Below, piece after piece: positions 18,801-33,379 of a stretch of 64,000 nt of DNA (its first letter is position 1; each line of letters starts with the position of its first letter). The stretch spans positions 1 through 64,000 of the forward strand of contig JAPMXV010000032.1 in NCBI GenBank assembly GCA_026936335.1, given 5' to 3'. Source of the stretch: Mantamonas sphyraenae STR306. Taxonomy: Eukaryota; Protista; CRuMs. Position numbers and translations under genes: made by a program. The notes below the pieces were generated by a model. The model did not search any database. It worked only from the letters and a program-made list of their open reading frames with translations, and had not been told where the DNA came from.

Positions 18801-21800
18801 CAAAGGCCGTGTCCAGCGGTGACGACGACCCCGTCGCCCGCACCGGCCGCACAACCACAGGATCGCTGCGTGTCTGGTTCACACGGTTCAACGCCACATC
18901 TTGCATCCCCAGCTCCAGCGTGGGCACATGTGTGCCAGCGCTCACGTCTCCGCCAAACGGCACGCTCACAAACGCAGATGCCCCGGCGTGCGTCAACACC
19001 AGCGACCTAGGCACACCCGCAGACACCGTCACCTCCATCCTCCCTTCGAGTACACTCGAGCCGACAAAGCCCACAGCCAACACGTGCACACCCACCTGCG
19101 GCCGATTCAGCGCCAATCCGCCAAACCGCACACGTCCCTGCTGCATCAGCTTGCTCTGCTGACCAGACAGCTCCGCTATGGCCACCACCTGCCCGTTGCT
19201 GTTGACCCCGCCCGTCGACGAAGCCACTGCCACTGTCACTGTGCGGTCCGGCGCAGTCGTCACCTCGTTGCCACCCGAGTCCAACAGCACACCCAACACC
19301 TCTGGCAGGTACGACTGGTCACTCGTGAGCACAGACGCCTTGGTTTTGTCCACTGAAGACGTAAACAGAAACTCTGCACGCACACGTGCAGGTTGGCCAA
19401 CAAAGAAACGGACCGACTCTTGCATGGGCTCCAACCCGTTCGCCGCAAACTGCAGCGTGTACACGCCCACGAGTCCAGCTCGGAGCGCGAGGCTGTCAAA
19501 CACAGCCGTCGTGCCGTTCACAAGCGCCACGCGCGTCATGCCGCCCACCAGTTCCGACCCTGCGCTAACCAGCGTCGCATTCACAAGCACGCCCGCCACG
19601 CTCGGCCCATCCGTCACCACGTTCCCTCCTGCATCGGCGCTCACCACAGTGTACCTGCGCAGAGGCACAACTTCCGCATTCACAGCGTAGCCGTTGCTGC
19701 TGGTTCGCTCGGCCACCGCACGCACAAGGCTAAACGCCAAACCCGTCTTCACGTACACTCGCACGCGCTGCGGTATCAGACCCACACTGCTCAGTACCAG
19801 CTCGTACCCTTCACTCAGCACAGCCGGACGAAACAACGTCAGCCCGCCAAACGACACCACTCCGTTCATCATGCTCTGTGTCGTCGACCCGTTCAACGAC
19901 GCAAACGCACTGCTTGCGCTCGCCAGCCGTACGCTCACGTTGCGCACGCCGCTCAACGTCGTCGTGTTGCCTCCGGCATCCGTTGCGCGCACCGTCAACA
20001 CTGGTACAGCCGTGTCCACTGCCACCGCTGACGATGCAAGCTCGCTCGCCCCAGGCACAGACAGAGACACCGCCACACCTTGCGTCACGACAACCACCAG
20101 GCTACTCGACGCCAACCCTGTCGAGCTGATCACAAGCACGTGTTGTCCTTGAACAGGTGCCTCCAGAGTCACATTAAATTCACCTGCGCCCTGAGCCAAG
20201 GTGTGTGTCTGCGATCCGCTGGCAACCTTCACGCTGCTACTCTCCACACGCAACGTACGCGTCCCGGCAGTGTCCAGCGCACCTACTTCGTTGCCCCCTG
20301 CGTCCACAACCACCACGCGCATCGCAGACACGTCGACCACACTGCTCGATGCAATCGTCACGTTCGGCTGTCCCTGCACCGTAGCCACAATCCCCGTGGC
20401 AGCACCCGCTGTCACCTGCACCTGCACCGTTGCCCCTGCCAACGACCCGCTCGACACCGACAGTGCGTATGTGCCCACGCGCCCACCTTCCACTTGCACT
20501 CCGATGGCCGTCGCCTGCCCGCCATTCATGCTGTACGAAAGCGAGCCGCCACCCTGGCGGCTCACCACAAGGCCCGCAGGACCTGCCACAGCCACCGTTC
20601 CCACGCCTGTGCTCGTCACGCTTCCTCCTGCGTCCTCCACAACCACACGCACAGGCGCCAACACGCTTGCCGCGCTGCTGGCCACTTGTTGCACGCCGCC
20701 TTCCACCACGCGCAGTTGGTGATTCGGTCCAACCACAACTTGGAACGACGTTTGTCCGCTGCCGAGACCTGCGCTACTCACCTCCAGCACATACACACCC
20801 GCCGCGGGGCGGACCAACACCCCACACGCAAACACCAAGCTGCCGTTGCGCATGATCTGAGCGTTTGCAGCCCCCAAACCGGTAGTCGTCGCGCTCGCGT
20901 TCAAAATCCGACCTTCCACACTGCGCACCGCTGTGTCGTCGTCCACGGGACCGTTTCCACCTGCGTCCAGCAAACCCAGCAGGATGCCCGGGAGCTCGGT
21001 GTTTACCACCGCACCCAGCCCAATGTTGCTGCTGTTGCGTGCATACAGCGCACGTGCCTCACCCACCACAATTTCTACGCTCGTTCGCGTGCTCACGAGC
21101 CCGTTCGACTCAAACACCACCGCATACGCTCCGACCTTGGGCCGCTGCATCTGCACAGAGTAAACAGACGCAGACTGCTGTGTCAACCGAGACGCAAGCC
21201 CGCTCGGCACAACTCCAGATCGGCTGTCGTTCACACTCGCGGACACAAGCTGCTCGCCGCTCACGCCGCTCTGCGTGCCCCCGGCATCCAGCACACGCAC
21301 CACCACGGCGCTTACGTTCACAATCTCCGACGACCGGTACACTCCAGCTGAGCTCGGCGACACGGACAACTGTTGCGCAGCGCCCACGCTCACCACAATG
21401 CTCCCACTCACGTTTTGCAGCCCACCGCTTTGGAACCACACCTGATAGGTTCCGTTCTGCGGCCTGGCCAGACGCAAATTGCTGAACTGCACCTCGCCCG
21501 CCACACTGCTCAGCCCCAACGTGCCCACCAGAGGCGCGTCGCTGGCCACCACCACGCTGCGGTTCACAACGTCAGTGTCCCCGACAAAGTTGCCGCCACT
21601 GTCCAGTACACGCACAGTGTACGTCGGCAGTGCCACGTCTACAGCCGAGGAGACTGCCACTGACCCCGATGGCGACACAATAACCAGCCGCTTGCCCGCG
21701 CCTCGCACTACCTCCACACTCACGTTGGTCGCCAACAGGCCCGCGCTGCTGACCTCTAGTGTGTACTGGCCGGCCAGTGGACGCACGAGCGACACGTTCC

Positions 21801-24800
21801 CGAAACTTGCTGTGCTCGCATTCAACAAACTTGCAGACAGTGTGCCCGACAGAGCCATGTTGCTTGGCCCACCCACCTGTCGCACACTCACAGTGCGCGT
21901 ATCGGCAAGCTCCACAGGCACCACGTTGTCCGCTGCATCCCTCACATGCACAACCAACACGCCTACTGCACTGTTTTCGTCCGACGCAATGCCGCTCACA
22001 GAGCTGTTTGCACTCAGTCGGTACCCCAAGCCCAGCTGCACTGCAAGCACGACGCTCGCATTCTGAAGGCCCACACCACCAATCTCCAGCGTGTAGTTGG
22101 CCACAGCCGGCCGCACCAACGTGATCGCTCCAAAGCTGCCCGTGCCGCCGCTGCTGCTGGACACGACCGATCCATGAAGTACAAGGCTTCCACTTGCACT
22201 CAGTTGCACATCCACCACCGTGCCGCTTGCCACGTTACCCGATACGTCCAAAACTTCGTACGACAACGTCGGCACGTTCACGGTCGACGCTGTGCGCACA
22301 ACCAACGCACCGTCGCCTACTCGCCGAACACGTACCGCAGCTCCTGCGCGCACCACCAACGCGGCACTGCCATTCAACAGACCTTCGCTGGTAAACTCAA
22401 GGCTGTACACCCCCGTGCGCGGCAGCACCAATTGCACAGAGTCAAAAAGTGCCACCGCCGTGCTTCCGTTCAGCACGACCGACAGGCCGCCCTGCAGCTG
22501 CAGGCTCGTGTCGTTGCTTCCACCCACGCTCACCGTTCGATTCACCACGCGGTGTGCGTCCACCGTTTGCCCATTTGCGTCCACAACGCGCACTTCCACC
22601 TGCCCTATGTTGGCCACAGAGGCACTGGTCACCGTGGTCGAAACCACGCTGCTTGTAAGTCCGTACGGAATGCCTGTCGTGCTGTTTACCGTCACCTCCA
22701 CGCCCAAAGCAATGCCCACAGCGGAAATGCGCAGCGTGTACTCGCCCTGCGGCAGCCGAAGAACCGCAAGGTTGTTGAATGTCGCAGTGCCAGCCACCAT
22801 GCTCGTGCTGCTCCCATTGCTACGCAGGCTGCTGCTCTGCGTCGTCAATGCTGCCGTGGTCGTGCGCGTTTCGTTGTCAGCCGTGCCCACGACGTTCCCG
22901 CCCACATCCAAGCTTGTCACTTGAACCTCGCCCAGTGCAAAAGCGACTGCACTTTCCGCGTTCAAAACACCGCTTGCGGGCTTGTCCACACGCAGAGATG
23001 CACCTGCGCCTGGAACAACCACGACCGTCAATGTGACCGCTTGCAGCCCTGGCAAAAGCATCTGCAGCACGTATGTGCCCACACGAGGCGATCCGAGCGA
23101 GAACGAGGCAAACACAGCACGTCCGCTCGACAGAGGCTCTGCTTTCACTGTTTTCAACGCTGAAACCGGCCCGCTTTGCTGTGTCACGCCCACGGCGAGC
23201 GTAGAGCTGTCTGCGCTGCCCAGATACTGGCCAAGCAGATCTGCAGTGCGCACGTCCACATTGTCCACCGTGGTCGAGCTGCTGCACGCCAACGTCACAT
23301 TGGATGTGCTCGCCAGTACAAGCTGTGTCGCTGTGCCGACACGCACCTCTACGGATACGCTCGTATTGAATGCGATTCCCGCACCTGCCCCAACAGAAAA
23401 GACATATCGCCCCACCTTCGCCAGACTGAGCGACAGATCATTCACCTGTGCCACGCCGTCTTTCAGCGCCACCGTGGTACTTCCTGACAGCGCGACGCTG
23501 CTGTTCAAGCTGCGTACACTCAGCATCGTGTTTGCAGCTGGCCCCAGCGCCGTGGCCACCCCGGCAGAGTCCACCGTGCGTACCGACAAAGACCCCAACG
23601 CCATTGTGGTTGCACTCTGCACCGATGCGCTCAGCGCGTTTGTCACTTCCAGCGAGTACGCAACGCCCTCTGTGACCGTCAGAGCAACGCTCGTCCCGAG
23701 AATTCCGCTGCTGTTGAACTTCAGCACATAGTCCCCTTTGCGCGGCGACAGGCTATACACCTCGTTGAACGTCAGCAACGGCCCTGTGGCGTTGGCCCAA
23801 ACTCGGCCGTGGAGCGATAGCGACTGCGAGTTGCCCCCTACGACCTCCACCGAAACGTTCACTCCCGGTGCACTCAGCACGTTGCCCGACACGTCCAGTA
23901 CGCGCAACGAAACCGCAGGTATGCTGCTGTTCAGGGTGCTTTGCATGCTCACGCTTGCACTGCTGGTTCGGTCCAGTCGGTACGCCACGCCGACGCTCAC
24001 GCGCAGACTCAGCCACGTTGCGTTTGTCGACGGTATGGTGTCAAACTGAATGCGGTAGGTGTCTGCAACCGGGAACAGCAGCGCGAGGTCCGAAAAGTTG
24101 GCTCGCCCGCCTTGGGCTGTGCGCAGAAGTGTCCCGGCAACAGCCCCGCTCGCAAGCTGAACTTGCCCTCCACCCAGTCCGTCGCGGAACAAACGCACTT
24201 GGAAAGACTGCGTCTGTGTATCGTTACTCAAGAGAACTTCCGCTTTGTGGTTCAGCGTCTCTGCCACCACACTGGGCAGCGGAAACGTGGCCGTGGCGCC
24301 CAGGCCATCCACAGCCCCGTATGTGCCCACTGCACGCACCTGCGTCGGCTCGTCTGTGGCAATCCCATGCACCTCGACTTCGTACATCCATGCCCCGTCA
24401 GACACACTGCTGCCCACCGCACCCATCAGCGCCTCGCTGTTGTTGAATCGGATACGGAACTGCTGAGCGCGCACCTCACTAGCAAGGAAGTCCAGGCAGA
24501 TGGACGCGTCGTTCTGGTCCGAGGGCACAAAGAAGCACGGCTTCTGCGCACCCAGACTCACACCTTCCACCTTGGTCACACGTGTCACCAGCTGCGTCCA
24601 CTGCAACGTCGACTCGTCCCAGTAGTCCACGAAATAGAACGGCGGTTGGTTTCGACACGGTTGATACCATGTCGTCACAAACTCGTTGACAAACGCAGGT
24701 TTCGCCAGGTTCACCTGCACGGCGGTCAGTGCCGTTGCACTCGACGCCAGAGCGTCAAACTTGCGTCCACATCGGAACCCGCCGGTTGCGTCCGTCTTGA

Positions 24801-27800
24801 GGCAACATCGATCCCCGTCAATCAGAGATCCCAGACTCGTGCTCGTGTTTGAAATCCCGTCCTGTTGACCTGCCGCCGTCCCGTTCAGCGTCGCATTCAG
24901 CGCAAGGTTGGGGAAGTACACGGCTCCGAGGCTCGTGCGCTCCTGCACGCCCACTTCTAGCTCTCCTGTTTCGCGGCACAGGGGCGAAAATGGTTCGACC
25001 ACGGTGTAAAGCGTATTGCTGCTCACACGCGCGTATTGTTGGCCATTGTTTCCCACGCCCACCGTGTACTTGCCCGCGTCCATCGGCGGCGCTTCGCACA
25101 CCACCTCATTCGCCGATACAAACGTCACCGTCGGGCTCTTGTTATTTCCAAACGCACAGCCCAGTGTGGCAGTGTTCAGGAAGTTGCTCCCTGTCACCGT
25201 CACCTTTTCCTTGCCAAACGTGCGCCCGGAGCTGGGCGAAAACGCGCTTGCGGTCTCTGGTGGATATGTGCTGTACAGGATCTCCGTGACGCTGTAAGAC
25301 CCGTCATTGTTCGTCACATTCACTGTGTAGCCCGAACCCAGAGGCAATGCGGGTGCGGAGCAGTACAGCTGCGTGCCGCTCAGCACTGTGACGCCCGTAC
25401 ATGCAAGCCCGTTCACAATCACCTTCATCTCTGGAATCTGCACAAAGCCTGTGCCCGTCAGAGTCACCAGCGCACCGCCTGTTGTGCGTCCCTTGTCTGG
25501 CGAGATGCTCGTCAGGTTCGCGTTGGCCAGTGGTTGGGCAGTGAAGGGGCTTCCTGGCAGCTGACTTGCGCCGTGCAACACCGTCACATTGTGGTTTGTC
25601 AGCGCGCCAAACACGTACGTGAAAAGATACTCGCCTGCGCTCACTGTGCCAGCGTTGGTCACGTTCACCGATGGGCCCCCGACGCGGTTCACCAATACGG
25701 TAAACGTGTCGGTGGACAACGAGCGCACGTTTGAAAACACATCTCGCGCGCTCACCACCACTCGCGCATCTGTGCCCAGTGGCTGCTGCGACACGCCCTG
25801 GCCAGACACCGTGCTGTGGACCACCGACAACGCCGCAGGCCGGATCGTTACCACGCGCACCTCTCCCACCAGAGCCGAGCCGCTCGATACGCCAACGCGG
25901 TAGTCTCCACTCAGGGTCACGTTCACTGCGCCTTGGTATGTGCCCACACCTGCACCTCCGTATGTGAGCACTGTCGTTTGGACGGCGCTCGCCTGCGCCG
26001 TGTGCTCCAGACGTACGGACAAACCAACACCCGGGTCGCTCGTCTGGTTGTTTCCATATTGGTCTCGAGACATCACAGTCACCTGCAGCAACGACCCTGC
26101 GTCTACAGACGCGGAAAGGCTCGCAAAGATGCTCGACGAACGCGCAACCGCACCCGGAAACACATCCACCGTTCCTGCGTCCATCCCAACGTTGCCCAAC
26201 GTCGCATTGTTCACTGAAGCACTCACACGATACCTGCCTGATGTCGTTGCGTGCACAGCCACAGTGTACACAGCCAACTCGCTGTCACTCGGTGTCGTCG
26301 TGGCCATGCCAACAAATACAGGAGTGCCAGCGCCATCCGCCGCCAGTTTTCCGACCACGCTCTGCGAAACGCCCGCCTGCGCGCGAGTCACATTGTTTCC
26401 GAATGCGTCACGCAACTGCACCACAAACGTGTTGGCCACATCCGCCACGTTGTTGCTCGTGTTGCGCAGCACACTCTGGAACGCGTTCACCACGCCTGGC
26501 GAGATCGTCAATGTGCGCGGCGTTGTCGGTGCCGTTGCTCCGTTGACGCTAACCGTCAGCAAGTATGTGCCACTCAGGGTTGCGTTGTATGTGCAAGCAT
26601 GGATCCCTTGGTTGCTGTTGGCCACTGTGCACGCGGCAACCACTGTGCTGCCAATCCCGTGTCCGCCAGTACCCACTGCCTGGGCTGACACCGCGTCCAT
26701 GCCTACGTCGCGTGCGTTTCCATACGCGTCAAACAGTTGCACTTGGAACACCTCGGCCGAGCCCGCAACTCCGTTTTCAAGCGCCCCTCCAGTCAACACC
26801 GATTTCGATACGAGCGTCGGTCCAGAGCGCACATTGAACTGCCGAGGCGTGGCGTCGGGCACCAAGTCCACCCCAAAGCGTACTTGCAGCGTCTGCAGAC
26901 CTCGCTCCGTGGCGTTGTACTCCACCACATACAGGCCCTGTGACGATTGCACCACCGTGTGCGTTGTGCTCGCCTTGCCGAATGTCACCACAAGCGTCTC
27001 TTCGTTGCTCGTGCGGTTGTTGTCGAATTTGTCTCGAGCCTGTACGTAGACCGTACTCGCAATACCTGCAGTTGTTTCCGCCGTGCCTGGGCCAAACACA
27101 AGCGACCGGCTCACGTTTGTCGCTTCGGGTCTCACCACGGGCGCAAACGGACTGCCCGCCACATGCTGTGGACTGGTGCCAACTTGCTGCGCAAGCACAG
27201 CAAGCGAATATGTACCGGCCACCGTGGCTGTGTGCATGGTCACCGCGTATTCGCCCGATGCAACAGAGAAAGTGTTCAGGACCCGTGTCACTTGGCCTCC
27301 ACCCAGCAGGTTCAGCGTCGCCGTGGCGGCAATCGACTCTGTGTTTTCGGTGCGATTGTTTCCAAACGCATCGCGTGCTCGGATCGAAAACGACCACGCC
27401 TGGCCGGCAAGCACTCCTGACACACCTGTGCCAAACGTGACAAACTGCGCTTGTACGGGCGCAGCCGGGCTGATTGTCAGCGTCATTGGGCTGCCTTTGA
27501 TGTCGACACCGTTGCTGCGCACATGCATGGTGTACCCGCCCGACAGCGTGGCGTTGAGCATCAGCACCGATTGGCCCAGCGAGCTCGCAGAAACCGTGCT
27601 ATTCACAACAAGCTGCACGCCGGCAGATGAGTGCACAGCCTGCGCCGTGAATACACTTGGCACGTCTGTGCGCGCGTTGCCAAACTCGTCCCTTGACTGC
27701 ACCGTCAGTGTCGTCCCTGCGCCAGCCAGCACAGACAAAGTCCCACTAAGCGTGCACTCGTTCACTCGCTCCGCTGCAGGTAGCACGCTTGCCTGTTGAG

Positions 27801-30800
27801 GTCCTCCTTGGATTGCTGTGCCGCCCACGTTCACTGTGACTGTCACTGTGCCCCGCTTGGTCGCTCGAAATCGAATCAGCTTGACGCCTGCCGTTCCGTC
27901 CACCACCGCCAAATTTCCGCCCGTCACCTGGCTGCCATCTCCGTCCTGCACAGTCACTGTTGGCTGTCCCGGGTCGTACGTGCTACGATTGTTGCCATAC
28001 TGGTCGCGGTACTGCAGCGAGGCTTCGCGCAGCTCGCCTGCCGTCATGTTGACGACTCCATGCAGTGTGAATGCCCCCACAGACGCCGCTGCCGGGTTTA
28101 CGCGCACTGTCGATGGTGACGGGCTGATGTGCGGCCCGCCTGCTCCTACCCGCACGCTGTAGGCGTGTTCGGTAGCCACCGTGGACGTGTATGTGCCCGT
28201 AAACATCCCGTTCAAGCCCGCTGACTTTGTAGGCGTACCCAGGAAAGTCACTGCAAGATCGCTCGCCTGTGCTTGTGTCACCTCGTTGTTGAACGCATCT
28301 CGTAACGTCAAACTGTACGTTCCCGACACACCATTCGAGGCGACACCGTTGTTGACACTCAGCGTGCTCTTGCTTGCGTCAATGGAGGCAGAGCCCACAG
28401 TGACCGTCTTTGTCGACGTTGGCGCGGGCACACTCACGCCTCCTGTCTGTGTTTTCATCTGATATGACCCCGTTTTGGTCAGTGCAACCGTTGTGGCCGT
28501 GTACAAGCCTCCCGAAACGGCTTGGAATTGCACAGCCGGCGGCTCAGGCACGCCTACCGGGTGGAGTGTCCACACAAAGTTGAACTGCACTCCGTTGTCC
28601 GTCATCTGGTTGCCATAGATGTCACGTGCCGTCACGTTCACGGTCCACGTGTTGCCTGCGACCAGCGAGTCGGCCGCACTCACTTGTGTGTTGGAAGGTC
28701 CAAACGACGCCGGCTTCACCATCACCGTCGCGCTGTCCACGTCATCGCCATTCAGCCTCACCGTCACGTTGGACATGCCGGCCTTTGTGGTCGCCACGCG
28801 TACGTCGTACTGCCCATTGTTCAGGTCCGTGAGGGTCAGTCCTACCGCAGCTGCATCGTTGTAGTCCATGCCAAGCAGTCGCACCTTTGCCTGAAATCCG
28901 TTTTCGCCTCCCAGTACCTGCACGTTTCCGTACGCGTCTCTTGCCTGCAACCGAAGAAGCAACGTCTGCCCAGCCACCACTTCCAGGTTGCCCGCAACCA
29001 CAAGGTGGCTACGGGCCGCGCTCGTCACTCCTTGACTCACAACCACACTCAATGGGATCCCATTCACATCCTGTCCGTCAAGTTTGATGTACAGCTGGTA
29101 GGTCGCTGCACCCTGGGTCACGGTGTAGTTGTACTGCACCGTATCTGCGCTCACTGCCTCAAACTGCAACTGTGCACTGCCGATGTTGCCCGTAAGCGCC
29201 AGTCCCGTACTCGATGCCAACGGGTTGTTGAATCTGTCTCGTGTGTGCAGCGGAAAGGTGATCGGGACGCCTACTTGCGACGTCCCCGTATTCCCCACGA
29301 CAAAGTTGCTTGCAGAGGCCACACCTGCATCGACTCTCAGCGCACCCAGAGTCCCAATGTCACCGCCGTTGTAGCGCACAGCCGCGCTGTACTGCCCTGC
29401 GCGTGTGATGTTCAATCGCAGGCGCACCTTGGTGTCCACGACATCGCGCACAGTGAAATCCACGTTCTGGTCGTTGATGTTGATGGTCACAGTCGTCAGG
29501 TCACGCTGCGCCGCACTCGGTGAAATCAGATTCTCGTAGGTGTCCTTCAGTTGCACCTGCACCTCGGCCAGAGAGCCGGCGGTGATGGGGAAATTGTTGG
29601 ACGTCACTGTGCTGCGTGCGGCTATCGGACTGCCGGGCACAAACGTGACCCCCGCGGTGTATGGTGATCCCGAAACGTGCACGCCGCCGATGGTCGCGTT
29701 GAAGCGAACTACTTGGGCCACGTGGTAGGTTGTGCTGGATGTTTCCTGTCCAATAGGGGCCACGCACGGCCCAGACGTAATGATCTGGTTTCCCGCAGGG
29801 AAAGAGATCAGTGCCGAAGGAGAGCACGCGCCGCTCGGCTCTGCGTTACCAAATTGGTCGCGCTTGACCACTGTGACACTCATTTGGCTGCCCACCGTCA
29901 ACGTGGTCGCCGTGGTGACCGATACAATGCTGTGAGAGGCGCTCAGCGGGCCGCTCTGCACCGTAGTTGTTCGCAAGCTGCCGCTCGTGGTCGAACCCAA
30001 TCGAGCATGCACCGTGTACGCACCCCTTTGCGTCACAGACACACCAGAGGCGGTGAACACGTTGGTGGCATGCGCGAGCGGAATCACAATGTCCGCGTTT
30101 CCTGTGCGCTTCATCACCGCAGCGACGCCCACGCTGGCGTTGTTGGTCAGCTGGTTGCCAAAGGCGTCAAACAAGGTAAACTGGATGGTTTGCGAGGTGC
30201 TCGCGACAGGTGTGGCTGCACACAGAGTTCCGCTGCTGCACTGCGTGCTTGCCGCGTTGGGTTCGCCTGCATTGATGGCCACCTGTGTTGTCGCCACGTC
30301 CACACCGTCAATGTACAGTTTGATGTCGAATGTGCCCGCTCCGTTGACCTGCGTTGGAGCCTGCAACGTGAACTCATTGGTATTCGTCGATTGCACCTCC
30401 AGCGTGGCTACGCCTCCGGCTTGCCCAAAGTCCACGGTGATGTTGTGCTTGCACGCCACGTTGATGGCCGCGGTGTTTCCATCGCGCAGAACTGCAACGG
30501 CGGTGGGCTTGGTGGTCCCCGCCGCGCCCGCAGTCACCGTGCCAAAGCCGGATTTGACTGAAACAACCTCCGAGACCTCCCACGACTTGCCGTTCGCCAT
30601 CTGCCAGGTCATACCTCCGTCCATGGACGCACACAACCTAAAAGTCACGGCTGTGTTGGGTGTGGGCGTGTTCAGCACCACATTTCCGCCGAGGGCGGTG
30701 ATGCTGGCCACCTGTACTGTGTCGTTCGACGTCTTGGCTCCGTTGCAATCGGCTGCAGTCGTAAAGTGAAGCATTTTGAGGGAAGCCCGCACGGTGGTGG

Positions 30801-33303
30801 TCCCACACGTGCCCGTGCACCACGTAAACGAGTTGACGGTGCTTGCGACGCAGGCACGCGCGGTCATGTCCAGCGTGGACGGATGCGTCTTGGGCATCAG
30901 CGTGCGGTAGTGAACGGGCCGTTGGTCGATTCCATTCTGCGAGCCGGCCGGGGGCTGCCCAACATCATTATTGGCGTCGATGTTGGTGAGAGACACCACC
31001 TGCATCGGCACCGCGTTGGGGCCATAGATTGTCACCGCCATCCCATCGGGACCGAACCGAATTGGGAGAGTGGAGCACGGAGCGCACCCGGGCGGGGATG
31101 CTGTACTGCTACGCAGAAAATCAAGGGCAAAGCGAGCATCGACAGCTGCTTGCCCCCACTCTGTGAAGCCAAGCATCCTCTGCATGTCCGCATCGAGTGC
31201 GCGATCCAGCCATATCACCTGGGAAATAAATCCCGTGAAGTATCGTTCACGAATGCCAAAATTGGCATCTACAGGGTGTGGTCCACCAATGGTGCTGTGA
31301 AAGTCGGGTGAGGTGAACGGATGCACGTGTGTCAGAGCAATGGGTTAAAACGGCACGGCGCGGGGGAGGACATGACCAGAAGGCACATACAAGTGATCTG
31401 TGGTGGCGGGTTGGTTGGTACAATCGGCTGTGGGCGAGTGTTTGCCTTCGACAACCTGCTCATCGAGGTGTAGACGATGTTGGCCTCCAGGTCCCCCATA
31501 GGAGAAAGACAGCTGCTGCCAGGTGCGCTCGTTTGCACTCAAAGGAGCGTACCAACATTCGTCAGCCAACGTAGAGTGACGAAGGTACACTTTAACGCGA
31601 TGAATACGCGAAGCCGCCTCTGCCTGGTAGTACGCAGCCACGCCAAAGCCTCCCTTGGAGAAGGAGAAGAGGTAGCCACTCTGGAACTTTACATCGACCG
31701 CGGGCGCACCCGTTGCTTCGGAAACGATGTCGGCGCGGAACTCCATGGCCAATGTGAATGGGCTGGCCTCGTCGATGGGTCGGCCCGTGTTCGACAGTTG
31801 CATCGTATCCGTCCTGAACCACAGTGCATAGGCTGGCGAAAGCTGTGTGGTCGAAAACAAATTGGTGTTGGTCTCGGTGGCCGTGTCTGAGAAACAACGA
31901 AATTGGTTGGGGGTGGGGTGTGTGAGTGGTTGGCATGCCAGCGGCTATGGTTCTGGTTCACAAACTTACACATGGGTGCCTGCAATGCTAAAACTGGATT
32001 GGTCTCCCTAGGTGTCTGCGGTTGCGTAAATTGCAACGCCAGCGGTGTTGGGCGCGGGCTCGGAATAGCGACGTCTGCGACCCGACCCTGGTCAGCCCAC
32101 GTGTATTCGATGGTGCCGAAAACTTGCAGGTACGGCACGAGCATGTACTGGTCCAGAGTGCGAAAGATGTCCAGAGGCAATTGTTGTGCAGCCACATACT
32201 GCTCTAGTTGCATGTAGTTGATGCCTGTGCCAATCCAGATGCCGACCTCGCTCAGAAACCCATAAAAGAGCTCCTTATCTTCGTAGTGCAGCGCGCCAAT
32301 GTTCATGGCGTTGATAGTGCCACCCGATCCACATGAAGAAGGAGGTGTTGTCAAGGTGTCCAATGTTTCGGGAAAGGTGCCAGGAAGGTCAACTACGGTC
32401 ACCACGTTCTTCACCACCAAATAGAACTTGCGTGCCTCAACACGAGACACAATGACCGGTGTCCATTCTCCAATGGTGATGGTGGCACTTGCAGTTTCGT
32501 GCTGTGTGGTGGTGGGCAGAATGTGTCAAGAGCGCAAATCAACATACATCCACGCCACGTCTCGCAGCAGACGCAGTCCTATTCCCCCACAATCCATCCA
32601 CGGGTGAGCACAAAATGTGTGCGTCCAACTTACATCTGCAGCGGGGCTATTCGAAGGATTCTGTACAGTCTTGGTGATCGCTGCAGAAACACCGAGCACC
32701 ACCTGGTTGTTCTTGACACCGATGCGCACGCCGCGCACATAGCGGCCACAGCCCCCATCGTTGGAGTTGAAAGCAAGCTCTCTGCAGAACACGCCTTGCA
32801 TTGTGGAGCCCACGTTGGCTTGCACCTGAACGCCCCAAACGGTGTCAGCGGTGTGATCACGCGGTGTGACAAAGTGCTTCCACACAAAATCCCGCGAACG
32901 AGTTCATTCGCCGTGCTGCCGGTCAGGAAACCTACATAAATCCACACAGCGATGGTGAAGCGGTCATCCAACAGCAGTGGGCCTGTGGTGAGGTGATGGG
33001 CAGATTGAGCGTGAGCAGCGGAAGAATCGGAAAACGCCTGAAAAACGTGCGTCCTCGGGCTCTTCGGCTTGCCTCGCCGCGCATCATCAACCTACTCTTC
33101 CAGCGATTGTTCACATAGGACGTGGTAGTTGTTGGGTATGTCAGCTCCGCACTGACTTTGGGACTCCTTGTAACAGGGTCTTGGCCGAACACCTCGATGA
33201 ATTCTGTGAAGCCGGCCTTCATGGAATACTGAAGTGCAAAAGATCCCACGACTGCCAAAGCCAACAGTAGCACAAGTTCTCTTGCGCCGACAATACGTGC
33301 CAT
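15853..33303 (-). CDS. Giant (~5638 aa) cell-surface receptor: signal peptide, 2 LamG, filamin/Ig-like repeats, 2 IPT/TIG, Cys-rich repeats, ~9 TM, coiled coil, C-terminal RGS domain; introns 32983-33095, 32826-32935, 32502-32633, 31887-31969, 31295-31390
   Basis: 5157-aa ORF plus five upstream exons joined in phase by canonical introns (16917 nt). N-terminal hydrophobic signal; LamG motifs FTIAVWIY...IGA...FYG.LSEV.IW; repeated RD.[FY]GN Ig units; ISP.KG.T.GG..VTLTGTGF; CxxC repeats; LNYLQV and Y....YFWEVV..RK TM motifs; RGS-like tail. Confidence 0.9.
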
Positions 33304-33379
33304 GGTTGCCTATCCAAGGTTCCGGGATCTCGTTGCTCCCGGCCCCGCACCTGCCAAGACAACCAAGCAAACGTCACAC

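Noticed and set aside
31295-33303. Apparent frameshifted pseudogene or several small ORFs upstream of the 5157-aa ORF
   Set aside because: Fully explained by five canonical, phase-compatible GT-AG introns.
33301-33304. Overlapping divergent start codons at CATG palindromes (33301-33304 and 51177-51180)
   Set aside because: Any ATG preceded by C creates an antisense ATG; downstream Mets (33380, 51238) are more plausible starts.
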